From the NCBI GenBank assembly GCA_000990005.1, contig LBPF01000001.1, forward strand, positions 90,315 to 154,314: a stretch of DNA of 64,000 nucleotides. The letters are read 5' to 3'. The stretch is from Candidatus Woesebacteria bacterium GW2011_GWB1_33_38. GTDB lineage: Bacteria > Patescibacteriota > Microgenomatia > UBA8517. The notes below the pieces were generated by a model. It saw nothing but the letters and a program-made list of their open reading frames with translations. It was not told the origin of the DNA and made no database searches. The position numbers and the translations under genes are program-made. This document shows positions 29,581 to 38,529 of this stretch, piece by piece. Within the stretch, counting starts at the first letter, position 1. Each line of letters opens with the position of its first letter.

Positions 29581-31007
29581 TGAAAAAATACATATGGCTT
29601 ATTGTGATTATTTTTATAGCAATTTTGTTAAGGTTGTTATTAATTACCAGTATCCAAGGAACAAGTGGGGGAGATGCTTTTGAGTTTTTGTTGATTGCAA
29701 AAAGAATCATTTCATTTGAGAATCCGTTTTTGGATGTTAAAAGACTTCCATTTTTCCCGATAACATTAATCCCTTCATATTTTTTAAATATTGATGGAAT
29801 AATGTGGGGGAGAATTGTAAATACAATATTTGCAGGTCTATCCCTGTATTATATGTATTTAATCGGGGATAAGTTTAAGATTTCAAAATTTTTGAATTAT
29901 TTATCTTTAATTCTTTTTACATTTTCTTCTGTTTATCTCTTTTATTCACTTAGACCTCTTTCTTCTTCTCTTTTTACACTTCTGTTTCTATCGTCAATTT
30001 ACTATACATTAGAGAGCAAAAAAACATCTATTTTATTTGCGTTTACGTCTCTTGGTCTTTTGTCTATGACAAGGCATGAAGGATTTCTGATTTCGCTAAT
30101 AATATTTTTATATTATTTTTGGTCAACTAAAAGAAAAGATTTAATTGTCAAATTTTCAAAACCTTGCTTAATCTATTTAATTTTAGTTCTTCCATTTTTT
30201 TTAAACAACTATATTTATCATAAAAACTTTCTATATTTAGGTTACTTAGACGATGGAGGAGGGTTATATATACCCAAAAATTATGAAAACCTTGCCTCTA
30301 ATTTGAAAATAATGTCATTCGCAATTTATTCCACCTGGGGGAATATAAGAATTTTTAAAACTAACATTAATTTACTCAACATTTTATTTAGCTCAACTGT
30401 TATTTTTATTGCCTTAGGATTAATTGATTATCTTAAAAAAATAAACAAACAAAAAATGCTTGCTTTGATTCTTTTAATCTCACAATTAATAATTGCTTTA
30501 TGGTTTCAACCTAGTGGTAGATATATTCAACATCTAACACCATTTTTGTCGACCCTTTTGTTATTAGGTATAAGTAAATTTTCAAAAGTTATTCTCCCGA
30601 TACTTATAACAGGTGCTTTAGTTACAACTTCGTTGTATACAGTCAAGCTTAAAATAGATGAATTTAATTTTGATACAAAAGGCCAAAAAGAATTTACTGA
30701 TTCTATTAAATATTTAAAAGTCAGATCAGGTATAGTGGCCATTGAGCCTGATAGGGATTATACTCAAAGTTACATTGCAAAATATTATTTGGGAGACAGT
30801 CGAATCAAATTTATAGGGGGTGATTTTCTTGGTCGTGGTTTGATCGACAGTAATCCTAGATCCCAAATTAATTGGCTTCAAAGTGAAAATGTCAAATATA
30901 TTGTTGACTCACCTAAATTTGATGATTTTACGTTTTTAGGCGACAATAGATATCAAGGTCAGTTTATAATAAAAACAAATTATGTATATGAAGTTATTAA
31001 AAAATAA
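29580..31007 (+). CDS. polytopic membrane protein, putative GT-C-like (module copy A')
   Basis: SGGDAFEFLLIAKRII...FLDVKRLPFFPITLIP...MTRHEGFLISL. Confidence 0.5.
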   Translation: MKKYIWLIVIIFIAILLRLLLITSIQGTSGGDAFEFLLIAKRIISFENPFLDVKRLPFFPITLIPSYFLNIDGIMWGRIVNTIFAGLSLYYMYLIGDKFKISKFLNYLSLILFTFSSVYLFYSLRPLSSSLFTLLFLSSIYYTLESKKTSILFAFTSLGLLSMTRHEGFLISLIIFLYYFWSTKRKDLIVKFSKPCLIYLILVLPFFLNNYIYHKNFLYLGYLDDGGGLYIPKNYENLASNLKIMSFAIYSTWGNIRIFKTNINLLNILFSSTVIFIALGLIDYLKKINKQKMLALILLISQLIIALWFQPSGRYIQHLTPFLSTLLLLGISKFSKVILPILITGALVTTSLYTVKLKIDEFNFDTKGQKEFTDSIKYLKVRSGIVAIEPDRDYTQSYIAKYYLGDSRIKFIGGDFLGRGLIDSNPRSQINWLQSENVKYIVDSPKFDDFTFLGDNRYQGQFIIKTNYVYEVIKK

Positions 31008-32727
31008 AAAAGTTTTACTTGTTGGTTTTATTGTCTTATTGGGTTTGTTTATACATTTGTATTACGCAAACAATTTACCATTAACAAACGATGAAAGCTC
31101 GTATCTTTATGATACCTTAAACATCAGGAATGGATTAATACCTCTTAAAGATTTTCTAACCAAGTCATTACCATTTATTTATTTATTAACTTTATCTCAA
31201 AGTATTTTTGGCAACTCAATTTTCGTGGGTAGATTGTTAATGATTGTTATTTCCCTTTTTACATCACTATTACTTTATTTTTTTGCTAGGGATATGTTGG
31301 GTAAGAAAATTGCAATTATTTCAGGTCTAATTTATTGGGCGTTTCCATTAATTGCTGCATATACTACACAGATACATACAGAACCGCTTCAAGTGTTGTG
31401 TGTTATCCTGTCATATTTATTTTTATTTAGATTTAGAGTTTCAAAAAAATTACATCATTTACTCTTCTCCGCGATAGCCATGACAATTGCCTTTTTTGTT
31501 AGACAATCAAGCATAGTACTAATACTACTACCGGCACTTTTTGAAATGTTTAGTAAAATTTTATTTAAAAGTAAATTTTTAAAATTACCTATCTATTTTT
31601 TTGCAATTACCTCTGTATTAATATCACTAGTCACAATATTTGCTTACAATTATTTTGGAGGTGGCAGAACACTTGAACTTGTTGGTGGTGGGGCGGCTAA
31701 TTTGGCAATTCAAGAAAAAGGATCATTGGGTATAAAAGAAATTATAACCTATCCTTTTAAATTTGGTCTCGAGGCGATTGTTGAAGCAAATAATCTATTT
31801 AGAGATGGTTTAATTTTATTGTCTTTTGCACTGCTTACATTATTCTATTATTTCTTAGCCAAAAGAAATAAAATTGAAGATAAATTTAAGACTTATGGTT
31901 TTGCCTCTATATTTTTGATATTTATTTTTTCAATGTACCAATTTCGTTATCATCTCTTTTCCGGATTGTGGAAAGTAGACATGATTCCACAAGTAAATTT
32001 ACTATTCTTGACTATTGTTTTAACGTTGTTAACTTTTTCTCACGTGACGCATCGGAATTCACTTAGCCCTAAATATTTTAAGATTTTTAATTCCCAATTT
32101 TATAAATTTTTAATTTTATGGATAATTATACTTTTGGGAATATATTTATTGTGGATTAAATTCCGATCACCATATTTGATTGAGTTCTTTCCTCCTCTCC
32201 TTATTCTTTTTTCAATTGGCATAACATCTTTTATTGAAGACATAAATTTAATTACAAATAAAGTTTATAAAAAAAGCATCAGATTAATATTAATTTTATT
32301 CACAATAGTTTCATTTACAACTTCTTTTTATATGAATAAGAATATATACTTCACAGGTTTGTTTTTACCAGCAGAAGTTGAAGAAATAACAAATTATATT
32401 AAGTCTGAATCGCCCAGTAAAGATACTATCCTGACAGCTTTAGCAATACTCCCATATTTATCGGACGATGAGGTAATTTATAACATTTCTCATCCAGCTT
32501 GGTATGGATATACTAATATCAGGCGAGATGTATTTTTATTATATTTTCCTCCTGTTGAAAAATTATTAGAGTTACTTAAAAATAGAAGGGTTAAATTCAT
32601 TATTAGAGAACCATTTACAGATGCATCTTATTTTAGATATAAAGATATACGAGAACAGATGGAGGTAAATTATTCACTTGTAAAAACTGTTGGAAGGGCC
32701 ACTATATATAAGATTAAAGATGAATAA
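30982..32727 (+). CDS. GT-C superfamily glycosyltransferase (module copy B')
   Basis: LTNDESSYLYDTLNIRNG first-loop motif. Multi-TM. Confidence 0.6.
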   Translation: MYMKLLKNKKVLLVGFIVLLGLFIHLYYANNLPLTNDESSYLYDTLNIRNGLIPLKDFLTKSLPFIYLLTLSQSIFGNSIFVGRLLMIVISLFTSLLLYFFARDMLGKKIAIISGLIYWAFPLIAAYTTQIHTEPLQVLCVILSYLFLFRFRVSKKLHHLLFSAIAMTIAFFVRQSSIVLILLPALFEMFSKILFKSKFLKLPIYFFAITSVLISLVTIFAYNYFGGGRTLELVGGGAANLAIQEKGSLGIKEIITYPFKFGLEAIVEANNLFRDGLILLSFALLTLFYYFLAKRNKIEDKFKTYGFASIFLIFIFSMYQFRYHLFSGLWKVDMIPQVNLLFLTIVLTLLTFSHVTHRNSLSPKYFKIFNSQFYKFLILWIIILLGIYLLWIKFRSPYLIEFFPPLLILFSIGITSFIEDINLITNKVYKKSIRLILILFTIVSFTTSFYMNKNIYFTGLFLPAEVEEITNYIKSESPSKDTILTALAILPYLSDDEVIYNISHPAWYGYTNIRRDVFLLYFPPVEKLLELLKNRRVKFIIREPFTDASYFRYKDIREQMEVNYSLVKTVGRATIYKIKDE

Positions 32728-33631
32728 TATGTTTTGGAATAACAAAAAAGTTTTTTTAACTGGTGGGAATGGTTTTGTTGGTAGTAAATTATCCCAAGCC
32801 CTTAAAAAGAAAAAAGCTGAAGTATTTTTATATGATGGCGATATTAGAAATTATCAGGATTTATTTGATCAGTTTGTAAAGTCTAAAACTACAATTATTT
32901 ACCATCTTGCGGCCCAGTCACTAATTGAAGTGGGAAAAATAAGTCCGATTGAGACTTTTGAGATAAATATAAAAGGGACTTGGAATATTCTTGAAGTAGC
33001 GAGAAAGGCGGGAGTTGAAAAAATTGTTATAGCTTCAACCACTCATGTTTACGGTGATAATCCACACCTACCATACAAAGAGGAATATTACCCACAACCT
33101 TCAAGACCTTATGAAACATCAAAAGCTTCGGCTGATTTAGTTTCACAATGTTACGCAGATACTTATAATTTACCTGTTGAAATATCTAGAATGGTAAATT
33201 TATACGGACCAGGTGATCTAAATACATCAAGATTGTTTCCAAAAATAATTAGTCAATTACTTAACAATATAAACCCTGTAATTTTTGATATAGGCGCTGT
33301 ACGAGATTTTTTATATATTGATGACGCAATTGAAGGATATTTAAGGCTAGGGCAGGTAAAACTTCCAAATGTAAAAAGAGCCCGTGTTATCAATTTTGGT
33401 TCGGGTAAGCCAATTGATATAACTACACTTGTTGACAAAATAATTAAATTATATGGAAACAAAAAGTTACATTTGTTAACCAAAGCTGTTCCTGACGAAA
33501 GAGAAAAAGAAATTAAAAAACAATATGTATCTATTGCTAAAGCAAAGAAACTTCTTGATTGGACTCCAAAGGTCAGTTTAGATCAGGGAATAAAAAAAAC
33601 TATAGCTTTTTATGTGAAACAAAAAAGTTAA
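32720..33631 (+). CDS. NAD-dependent epimerase/dehydratase family protein
   Basis: VFLTGGNGFVGSKL; YETSK. The ATG at 32720/32729 is preferred over the long ORF start at 32690. Confidence 0.8.
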   Translation: MNNMFWNNKKVFLTGGNGFVGSKLSQALKKKKAEVFLYDGDIRNYQDLFDQFVKSKTTIIYHLAAQSLIEVGKISPIETFEINIKGTWNILEVARKAGVEKIVIASTTHVYGDNPHLPYKEEYYPQPSRPYETSKASADLVSQCYADTYNLPVEISRMVNLYGPGDLNTSRLFPKIISQLLNNINPVIFDIGAVRDFLYIDDAIEGYLRLGQVKLPNVKRARVINFGSGKPIDITTLVDKIIKLYGNKKLHLLTKAVPDEREKEIKKQYVSIAKAKKLLDWTPKVSLDQGIKKTIAFYVKQKS

Positions 33632-35994
33632 AACTTTTTATACACATCAAAAGTTGGTGTGATATATGTTTCTGGTTTCTCGTGTCCTAAAACACTAGGC
33701 CTTTTCCCAAAGGTTGCAATTAACTTATAATTTCTTCCAAGAATACTTGGAATAATTTTACCGTACGGATTTTCTGCTATTTCTCCCAAGAAATTAAACG
33801 ATCCCCATCTGCCCTTATGATTGATGGTTCTATATATGACAATATAATCGGGAAATATTTTACCTTGTTCAACAGATTTCATCTGATCATAGTTATAAAC
33901 AAGTTTCTTGTCACGGTTTAAAAATATTCTATCTCTACTACTTGGTAAAAGTATAAAAACGGATTCATTAGATTTTGAAGTTTTGTTCAAGAACGTGGCC
34001 ACCTCAGTTCTTGGATCAGAAATCGCGTATGGATAAAAATAAGCTAAAGAGAATAAAAACATATACCCCACAACCAACATTATTACTGTGTTTGTTAAAA
34101 TTTTAATTTTTGGTATATTTTTATCTATATAGTAAAAAACAGCACCTGTGAATATAGCTACGAATGGTGCAAAGGGAACAATGTAGCGATCTTCATTAAC
34201 ATCACCATATTGATTGAGAGACAAAAAGAAAAATACATAAGTAATGAGAAGTGCAAGAATCAGATTTGAATCCTGTTTGTTTTTAATTCTGTGAATTATA
34301 ACAAACAACAAAATTACAATTCCAATCAAATGCAAATATGTTGCCGGTTCGGAAAATGCGAGTGTAAAAAAAGGGTAATCTTTACTTTGATATCTACTCC
34401 AAATGTATTTAATGCTCGTAGGACTTATGTCATATCTTTTAATGGAAGTTCGTTGGAAAGCATTACGTGGATCGGCCAAGGCTACTTTGTAGTTCTTTAA
34501 GCAGCAAAATGGATATGGGTAAAATGTTTTAAAAATAAAAAAAGCAAAAACTATTAGTGCTGAAAAATAAAAAATTGCTATTCCTAATTTTTTTCTGTTG
34601 TTATACAGTGTAACTAGACATAAGAATCCAAATGCAGGTAGAGCTACCAAAAAGGTGGCTTTTGTAGACATAGCTAATCCAAGGATAATCCCCGTAATTA
34701 CAAACAATATTAATTTGCTTGATTTTGTCAACAAATAAGCTAAATATAATATTAAGGGAATAAATAAAGTTACTACAGCCTCGCCTTTAGCTAACTGTGA
34801 CATAAACCAATGTCCAGGGAAAAGTGTATAGATAGACATTACAAAAAGAGCTGTTTTCTCGTTAAACATTTTATTGGCGATTATGAAGACAATTAAAATT
34901 GAAGATATTCCAAAAAAAGCAGTTAATACTCTCATAATCCCATAAACTTTATATGCGCTTATGAATTCCTTTGGAGATATCTTAAGTCTATCTAATAAAT
35001 TTGAGCTGTTGTCGTAAAAAACTTTATATAAATATACTGGTTTGGCAATTTCATATTCTCCAAAGTTTTTAAAGAAGTCTTTATCTAATACATAGTTATA
35101 CATATGTCCTTCATCATGATATGGTGAGCCATGTTTTATCCCATTAGTGTTTAGCCCCCAAAAGATTCCAGCAGTTCTCAAAAAAATTCCAAGAAGCAAA
35201 ATACAAATAAAAATAAATTTGTTTCTAATTGGTATTTTTGAAATTAATTTAGTCAACCAATCAAATTTTATGGGTTGTAAATTGTATTTTAAAATTTCCC
35301 AAATATTTTTCGCTCCGTCTCGCCAGCCAATTTTTTTACCCTCTTCATATGATCTGCCTGTGTAAGAGATTCCAACTTCATAAATTTTTACATTTTTTAA
35401 TTTGGCAAGTTTTGCCGTTAACTCAGCTTCAATTCCAAATCTTTGAGATTCAAGTTTTGGTGCAATTTGATCAATTATGTGTTTTTTAAAAACTTTATAG
35501 CCAGTCTCCATGTCAGTAAAATTTAGATTGGTTAAGATATTTGAGAGTGTGGTTAACATTTTATTGGCTACATAGTGCCAATAATAAAGAACCCTATGGG
35601 GTTTATTGGTTACAAATCTAGATCCGTAGACAACATCTGCTTGATGTTCAAAAAAAGGTTGGAGCATGGTAGGGTAATCATCAGGGCTATACTCCAAATC
35701 GGCATCCTGAATCATTACCAGGTCGCCAGTTGTCTTTAAAAACCCTTTTTTACATGTTGCTCCTTTACCAAGATTTAATCTATTTTTAAGAAGAGTAATT
35801 TTTAAAAGCTTTGATTTGTACTTTTTAACAAAACGATTAACCTCGAGAATAGTATTATCTCTTGATCCATCGTCAACAACTACGATTTCTTTTTTTAACT
35901 TAAGCGTATCTGATTTTGCAACTTTTTGAAGCGTTTGAAAGATGAACTTCCCTTCGTTATAAACTGGTATTACAATAGAGATAGATTTGATCAT
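33628..35994 (-). CDS. fusion: N-terminal GT2 polyprenyl-phosphate sugar synthase (DPM1-like) + C-terminal about 550-aa GT-C-like polytopic domain
   Basis: N-terminus ISIVIPVYNEGKFI...VVVDDGSRDNT...DADLEYSPDDY, followed by more than 10 TM helices with a loop motif YHDEGHMYNY. The ATG at 35994 is preferred over the upstream TTG at 36000. Confidence 0.7.
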   Translation of the reverse strand: MIKSISIVIPVYNEGKFIFQTLQKVAKSDTLKLKKEIVVVDDGSRDNTILEVNRFVKKYKSKLLKITLLKNRLNLGKGATCKKGFLKTTGDLVMIQDADLEYSPDDYPTMLQPFFEHQADVVYGSRFVTNKPHRVLYYWHYVANKMLTTLSNILTNLNFTDMETGYKVFKKHIIDQIAPKLESQRFGIEAELTAKLAKLKNVKIYEVGISYTGRSYEEGKKIGWRDGAKNIWEILKYNLQPIKFDWLTKLISKIPIRNKFIFICILLLGIFLRTAGIFWGLNTNGIKHGSPYHDEGHMYNYVLDKDFFKNFGEYEIAKPVYLYKVFYDNSSNLLDRLKISPKEFISAYKVYGIMRVLTAFFGISSILIVFIIANKMFNEKTALFVMSIYTLFPGHWFMSQLAKGEAVVTLFIPLILYLAYLLTKSSKLILFVITGIILGLAMSTKATFLVALPAFGFLCLVTLYNNRKKLGIAIFYFSALIVFAFFIFKTFYPYPFCCLKNYKVALADPRNAFQRTSIKRYDISPTSIKYIWSRYQSKDYPFFTLAFSEPATYLHLIGIVILLFVIIHRIKNKQDSNLILALLITYVFFFLSLNQYGDVNEDRYIVPFAPFVAIFTGAVFYYIDKNIPKIKILTNTVIMLVVGYMFLFSLAYFYPYAISDPRTEVATFLNKTSKSNESVFILLPSSRDRIFLNRDKKLVYNYDQMKSVEQGKIFPDYIVIYRTINHKGRWGSFNFLGEIAENPYGKIIPSILGRNYKLIATFGKRPSVLGHEKPETYITPTFDVYKKF

Positions 35995-37561
35995 GTTCAA
36001 AAAGATTTTGTTACTGGGAATTATAGGACTTCTTTCTCTATTTTTCTATTGGAAATTTTCTATGCCTAAGTATTTAACTTTTTCCGATGGGGCTAAGGTT
36101 GCCGATATTGCAAAAAATATTGCACAAGGTAACGGCTATGGGTCCACTTTTTCATCATTTGGAGCAGATAAGGAAATCCTAAATCATTTAAGTTTAAATG
36201 TTTTCCCTGCATGGGGTAGGCACCCTCTAATGCCTTTTTCTGTGGCTATCTTTTACAAGTTGTTCGGAGTAGGTGATTTGGGATTGATTTTAACTTCTAC
36301 TTTTTTTTATTTGTTATCGATAATAGGAATCTACTTGTTGGCCAAAAATATTTTTAATGAGAATATTGGTTTTATTTCTGCACTTTCCTTTATTTTTATA
36401 CCTATCTTTTGGGAATATGCTCTAACTGGAGCCTCTGAGTCTTTGTTTATTTTAGAGATAGTTTTAACTTTTCTATTTTTAACGTTAAAAAATAAACGAC
36501 TTCACATTCTTGGTTTAGTTGTTGCAGGTCTATCATACTTTACTAGACCTCAAGGGTTTATTTTAATTGTTGGAGCATTAACATATTATTTTTTGATATC
36601 TAGTAAGAGTATAAAGTTAGTTTTTTTTAAGTTAATTCTAGCTGTGGTTATCGGAATAGCTATTGACTTAACTTTGTTTACAAAACTAACAGGTAAAACA
36701 TTTTTCTATTCAATATTGTCAAAAGGTGTTGATGTTTCAGTTCTTTATACCCCAAGTTTGTCTGGTACGACTGGTTTAAGGACACAGGTTGATGCAAAAG
36801 ACCTGTTAATTTCAAACAGTTTAGAAGTAGGCAAAAAAGTATTTTACAATTTCTACAATTTATATAAGTTAATGCCCGATATCATGCCTTCATCTATTTT
36901 TGTACTTTTTATGTTATCTCTGTTTATTAAGGAGGAAGAAAAAAAGATAAATTATATAAAATATACTTTCCTTTTTATGTTTTTGTTAACTATCTTGTCA
37001 ACCTCAGTTTCAATTCCATTTTTTAGATATTTACATCCATTTGTTCCCCTACTTCTTATCTTTGCAATCTCTACGCTTTCAAAAATTGTAAAAATTAAAT
37101 TTGTATACCTCCTTGTATTTATTTATCTGATTGCAAATAGCCTAGGTATCTTATTTTTGGATTCAAGGTTTATATCAAATACTAAAAACACTAGTAAACC
37201 TCCAGTTTATGTTTTAATGTCACAGATCTTAAAAGACAATACATCAAGTAACGATGTTGTGGTTACAAACCTTGATACCTGGGGAAGTTGGTATGGTGAA
37301 AGAAAAACTGTCTGGTTTCCTGTAGATCCAAAAGTAATTGCAGAAAGTGATTTTGACGCAATTTATTTGACAAGTTATAAAATGGATGACGAAAATTATT
37401 ATATGGGTGATGATTGGAGAAAGATATTTAACAATTCCGAAAATCAAACAGTATTATCTCAATATAAATTAGAAAAAGAATTTATGATTAATGCTGAAGA
37501 TACATATGAAAACGAACCAGCTAACGCAGTTCTGTTGGTAAAAAAAGTTTCTTCAAACTAA
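35993..37561 (+). CDS. GT-C superfamily glycosyltransferase (ArnT-like)
   Basis: Multi-TM; the loop FSDGAKVADIAKNIAQGNGYG resembles the ArnT first-loop region. The ATG at 35993 overlaps the divergent gene's ATG in a CATG palindrome. Confidence 0.5.
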   Translation: MFKKILLLGIIGLLSLFFYWKFSMPKYLTFSDGAKVADIAKNIAQGNGYGSTFSSFGADKEILNHLSLNVFPAWGRHPLMPFSVAIFYKLFGVGDLGLILTSTFFYLLSIIGIYLLAKNIFNENIGFISALSFIFIPIFWEYALTGASESLFILEIVLTFLFLTLKNKRLHILGLVVAGLSYFTRPQGFILIVGALTYYFLISSKSIKLVFFKLILAVVIGIAIDLTLFTKLTGKTFFYSILSKGVDVSVLYTPSLSGTTGLRTQVDAKDLLISNSLEVGKKVFYNFYNLYKLMPDIMPSSIFVLFMLSLFIKEEEKKINYIKYTFLFMFLLTILSTSVSIPFFRYLHPFVPLLLIFAISTLSKIVKIKFVYLLVFIYLIANSLGILFLDSRFISNTKNTSKPPVYVLMSQILKDNTSSNDVVVTNLDTWGSWYGERKTVWFPVDPKVIAESDFDAIYLTSYKMDDENYYMGDDWRKIFNNSENQTVLSQYKLEKEFMINAEDTYENEPANAVLLVKKVSSN

Positions 37562-38501
37562 ATTTCCAAACGGCTATCAGCATAATTTTAAAAAGTAACA
37601 AGCCATGGTGAAATCTTTTTATATTTGTCATGCCATATATTCTTTCTTTGTATCTAATCGGGATTTCGATAACCTTTAAATTATTTTGAATAGCACCAAA
37701 AATTAATTCAAAATCACCAAATGGGTCGTCTTTGAAATATTTGAAAGTATTATAATCTTTTTTAAATAAAGCCTTGGTTCCACACAAAGTATCTTTAAAT
37801 ATTTGACCAAAAACTTTTGTAAAAAATAAGCCGAATATTTTATTTGCAATTTTATTTAACATTTGCATCGCGTCCTTTTCCATTGGATAAACAAGTCTGC
37901 TACCATTTGCAAACTCTGCCTCCCCTGAGACAAGTATGTTGTAGAACTTTATAATATCTTTGGGGTCAACTGTTCTGTCTGCATCATATATTATTAAGAT
38001 ATCAGCTGTTGATTTCCTGAACCCAAGTCTAACAGCATTGGCTTTTCCTAAATCTGGTTGCTTTAATGCAATAACTTTTCTGGCTTTAATCTTATTTGTT
38101 TTTATTTCAGCTTGAATTTTAAGCCAAGTGTCATCTTTTGACCCCCCTTCAACAAATATGATTTCTTGAGATTTACCAAAATAGGGTATTGATTTTATTA
38201 TTCCAGGGATATTTCTGGCCTCATTTCTTGCAGGAATTACAATTGAAACCGATAGTTTATTTAAACCAACAGTCTTAATTCTAGCTATAATCCAATCTTT
38301 TTTGATAGCTATAAATTGATAACCAGAAAGGGTCAAAAGGTTTTTAATGTCATTTTTATCTAGCCAATTACTTTCTTTAAAAAGATTGTTTTGATATTCT
38401 ATAAAAAATCTTTTATTTAGATTTTTCTTAGTATTTAATTTCTCAAGGTAGGATTGAATGTCTGTAATTTTGTCTAGGTTTTTAATAATTATATTTTTCA
38501 T
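37521..38501 (-). CDS. GT2 family glycosyltransferase (DPM1-like)
   Basis: VSIVIPARNEARNIP...IIFVEGGSKDDT...IIYDADRTVDP. Confidence 0.75.
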   Translation of the reverse strand: MKNIIIKNLDKITDIQSYLEKLNTKKNLNKRFFIEYQNNLFKESNWLDKNDIKNLLTLSGYQFIAIKKDWIIARIKTVGLNKLSVSIVIPARNEARNIPGIIKSIPYFGKSQEIIFVEGGSKDDTWLKIQAEIKTNKIKARKVIALKQPDLGKANAVRLGFRKSTADILIIYDADRTVDPKDIIKFYNILVSGEAEFANGSRLVYPMEKDAMQMLNKIANKIFGLFFTKVFGQIFKDTLCGTKALFKKDYNTFKYFKDDPFGDFELIFGAIQNNLKVIEIPIRYKERIYGMTNIKRFHHGLLLFKIMLIAVWKFSLKKLFLPTELR

Positions 38502-38529
38502 TAGAGGTATTATACGCTAGAATATAACA

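Noticed and set aside
33253-33483. 76-aa minus-strand ORF inside the epimerase gene
   Set aside because: Antisense to an SDR-fold epimerase with clear GxxGxxG and YxxxK motifs.
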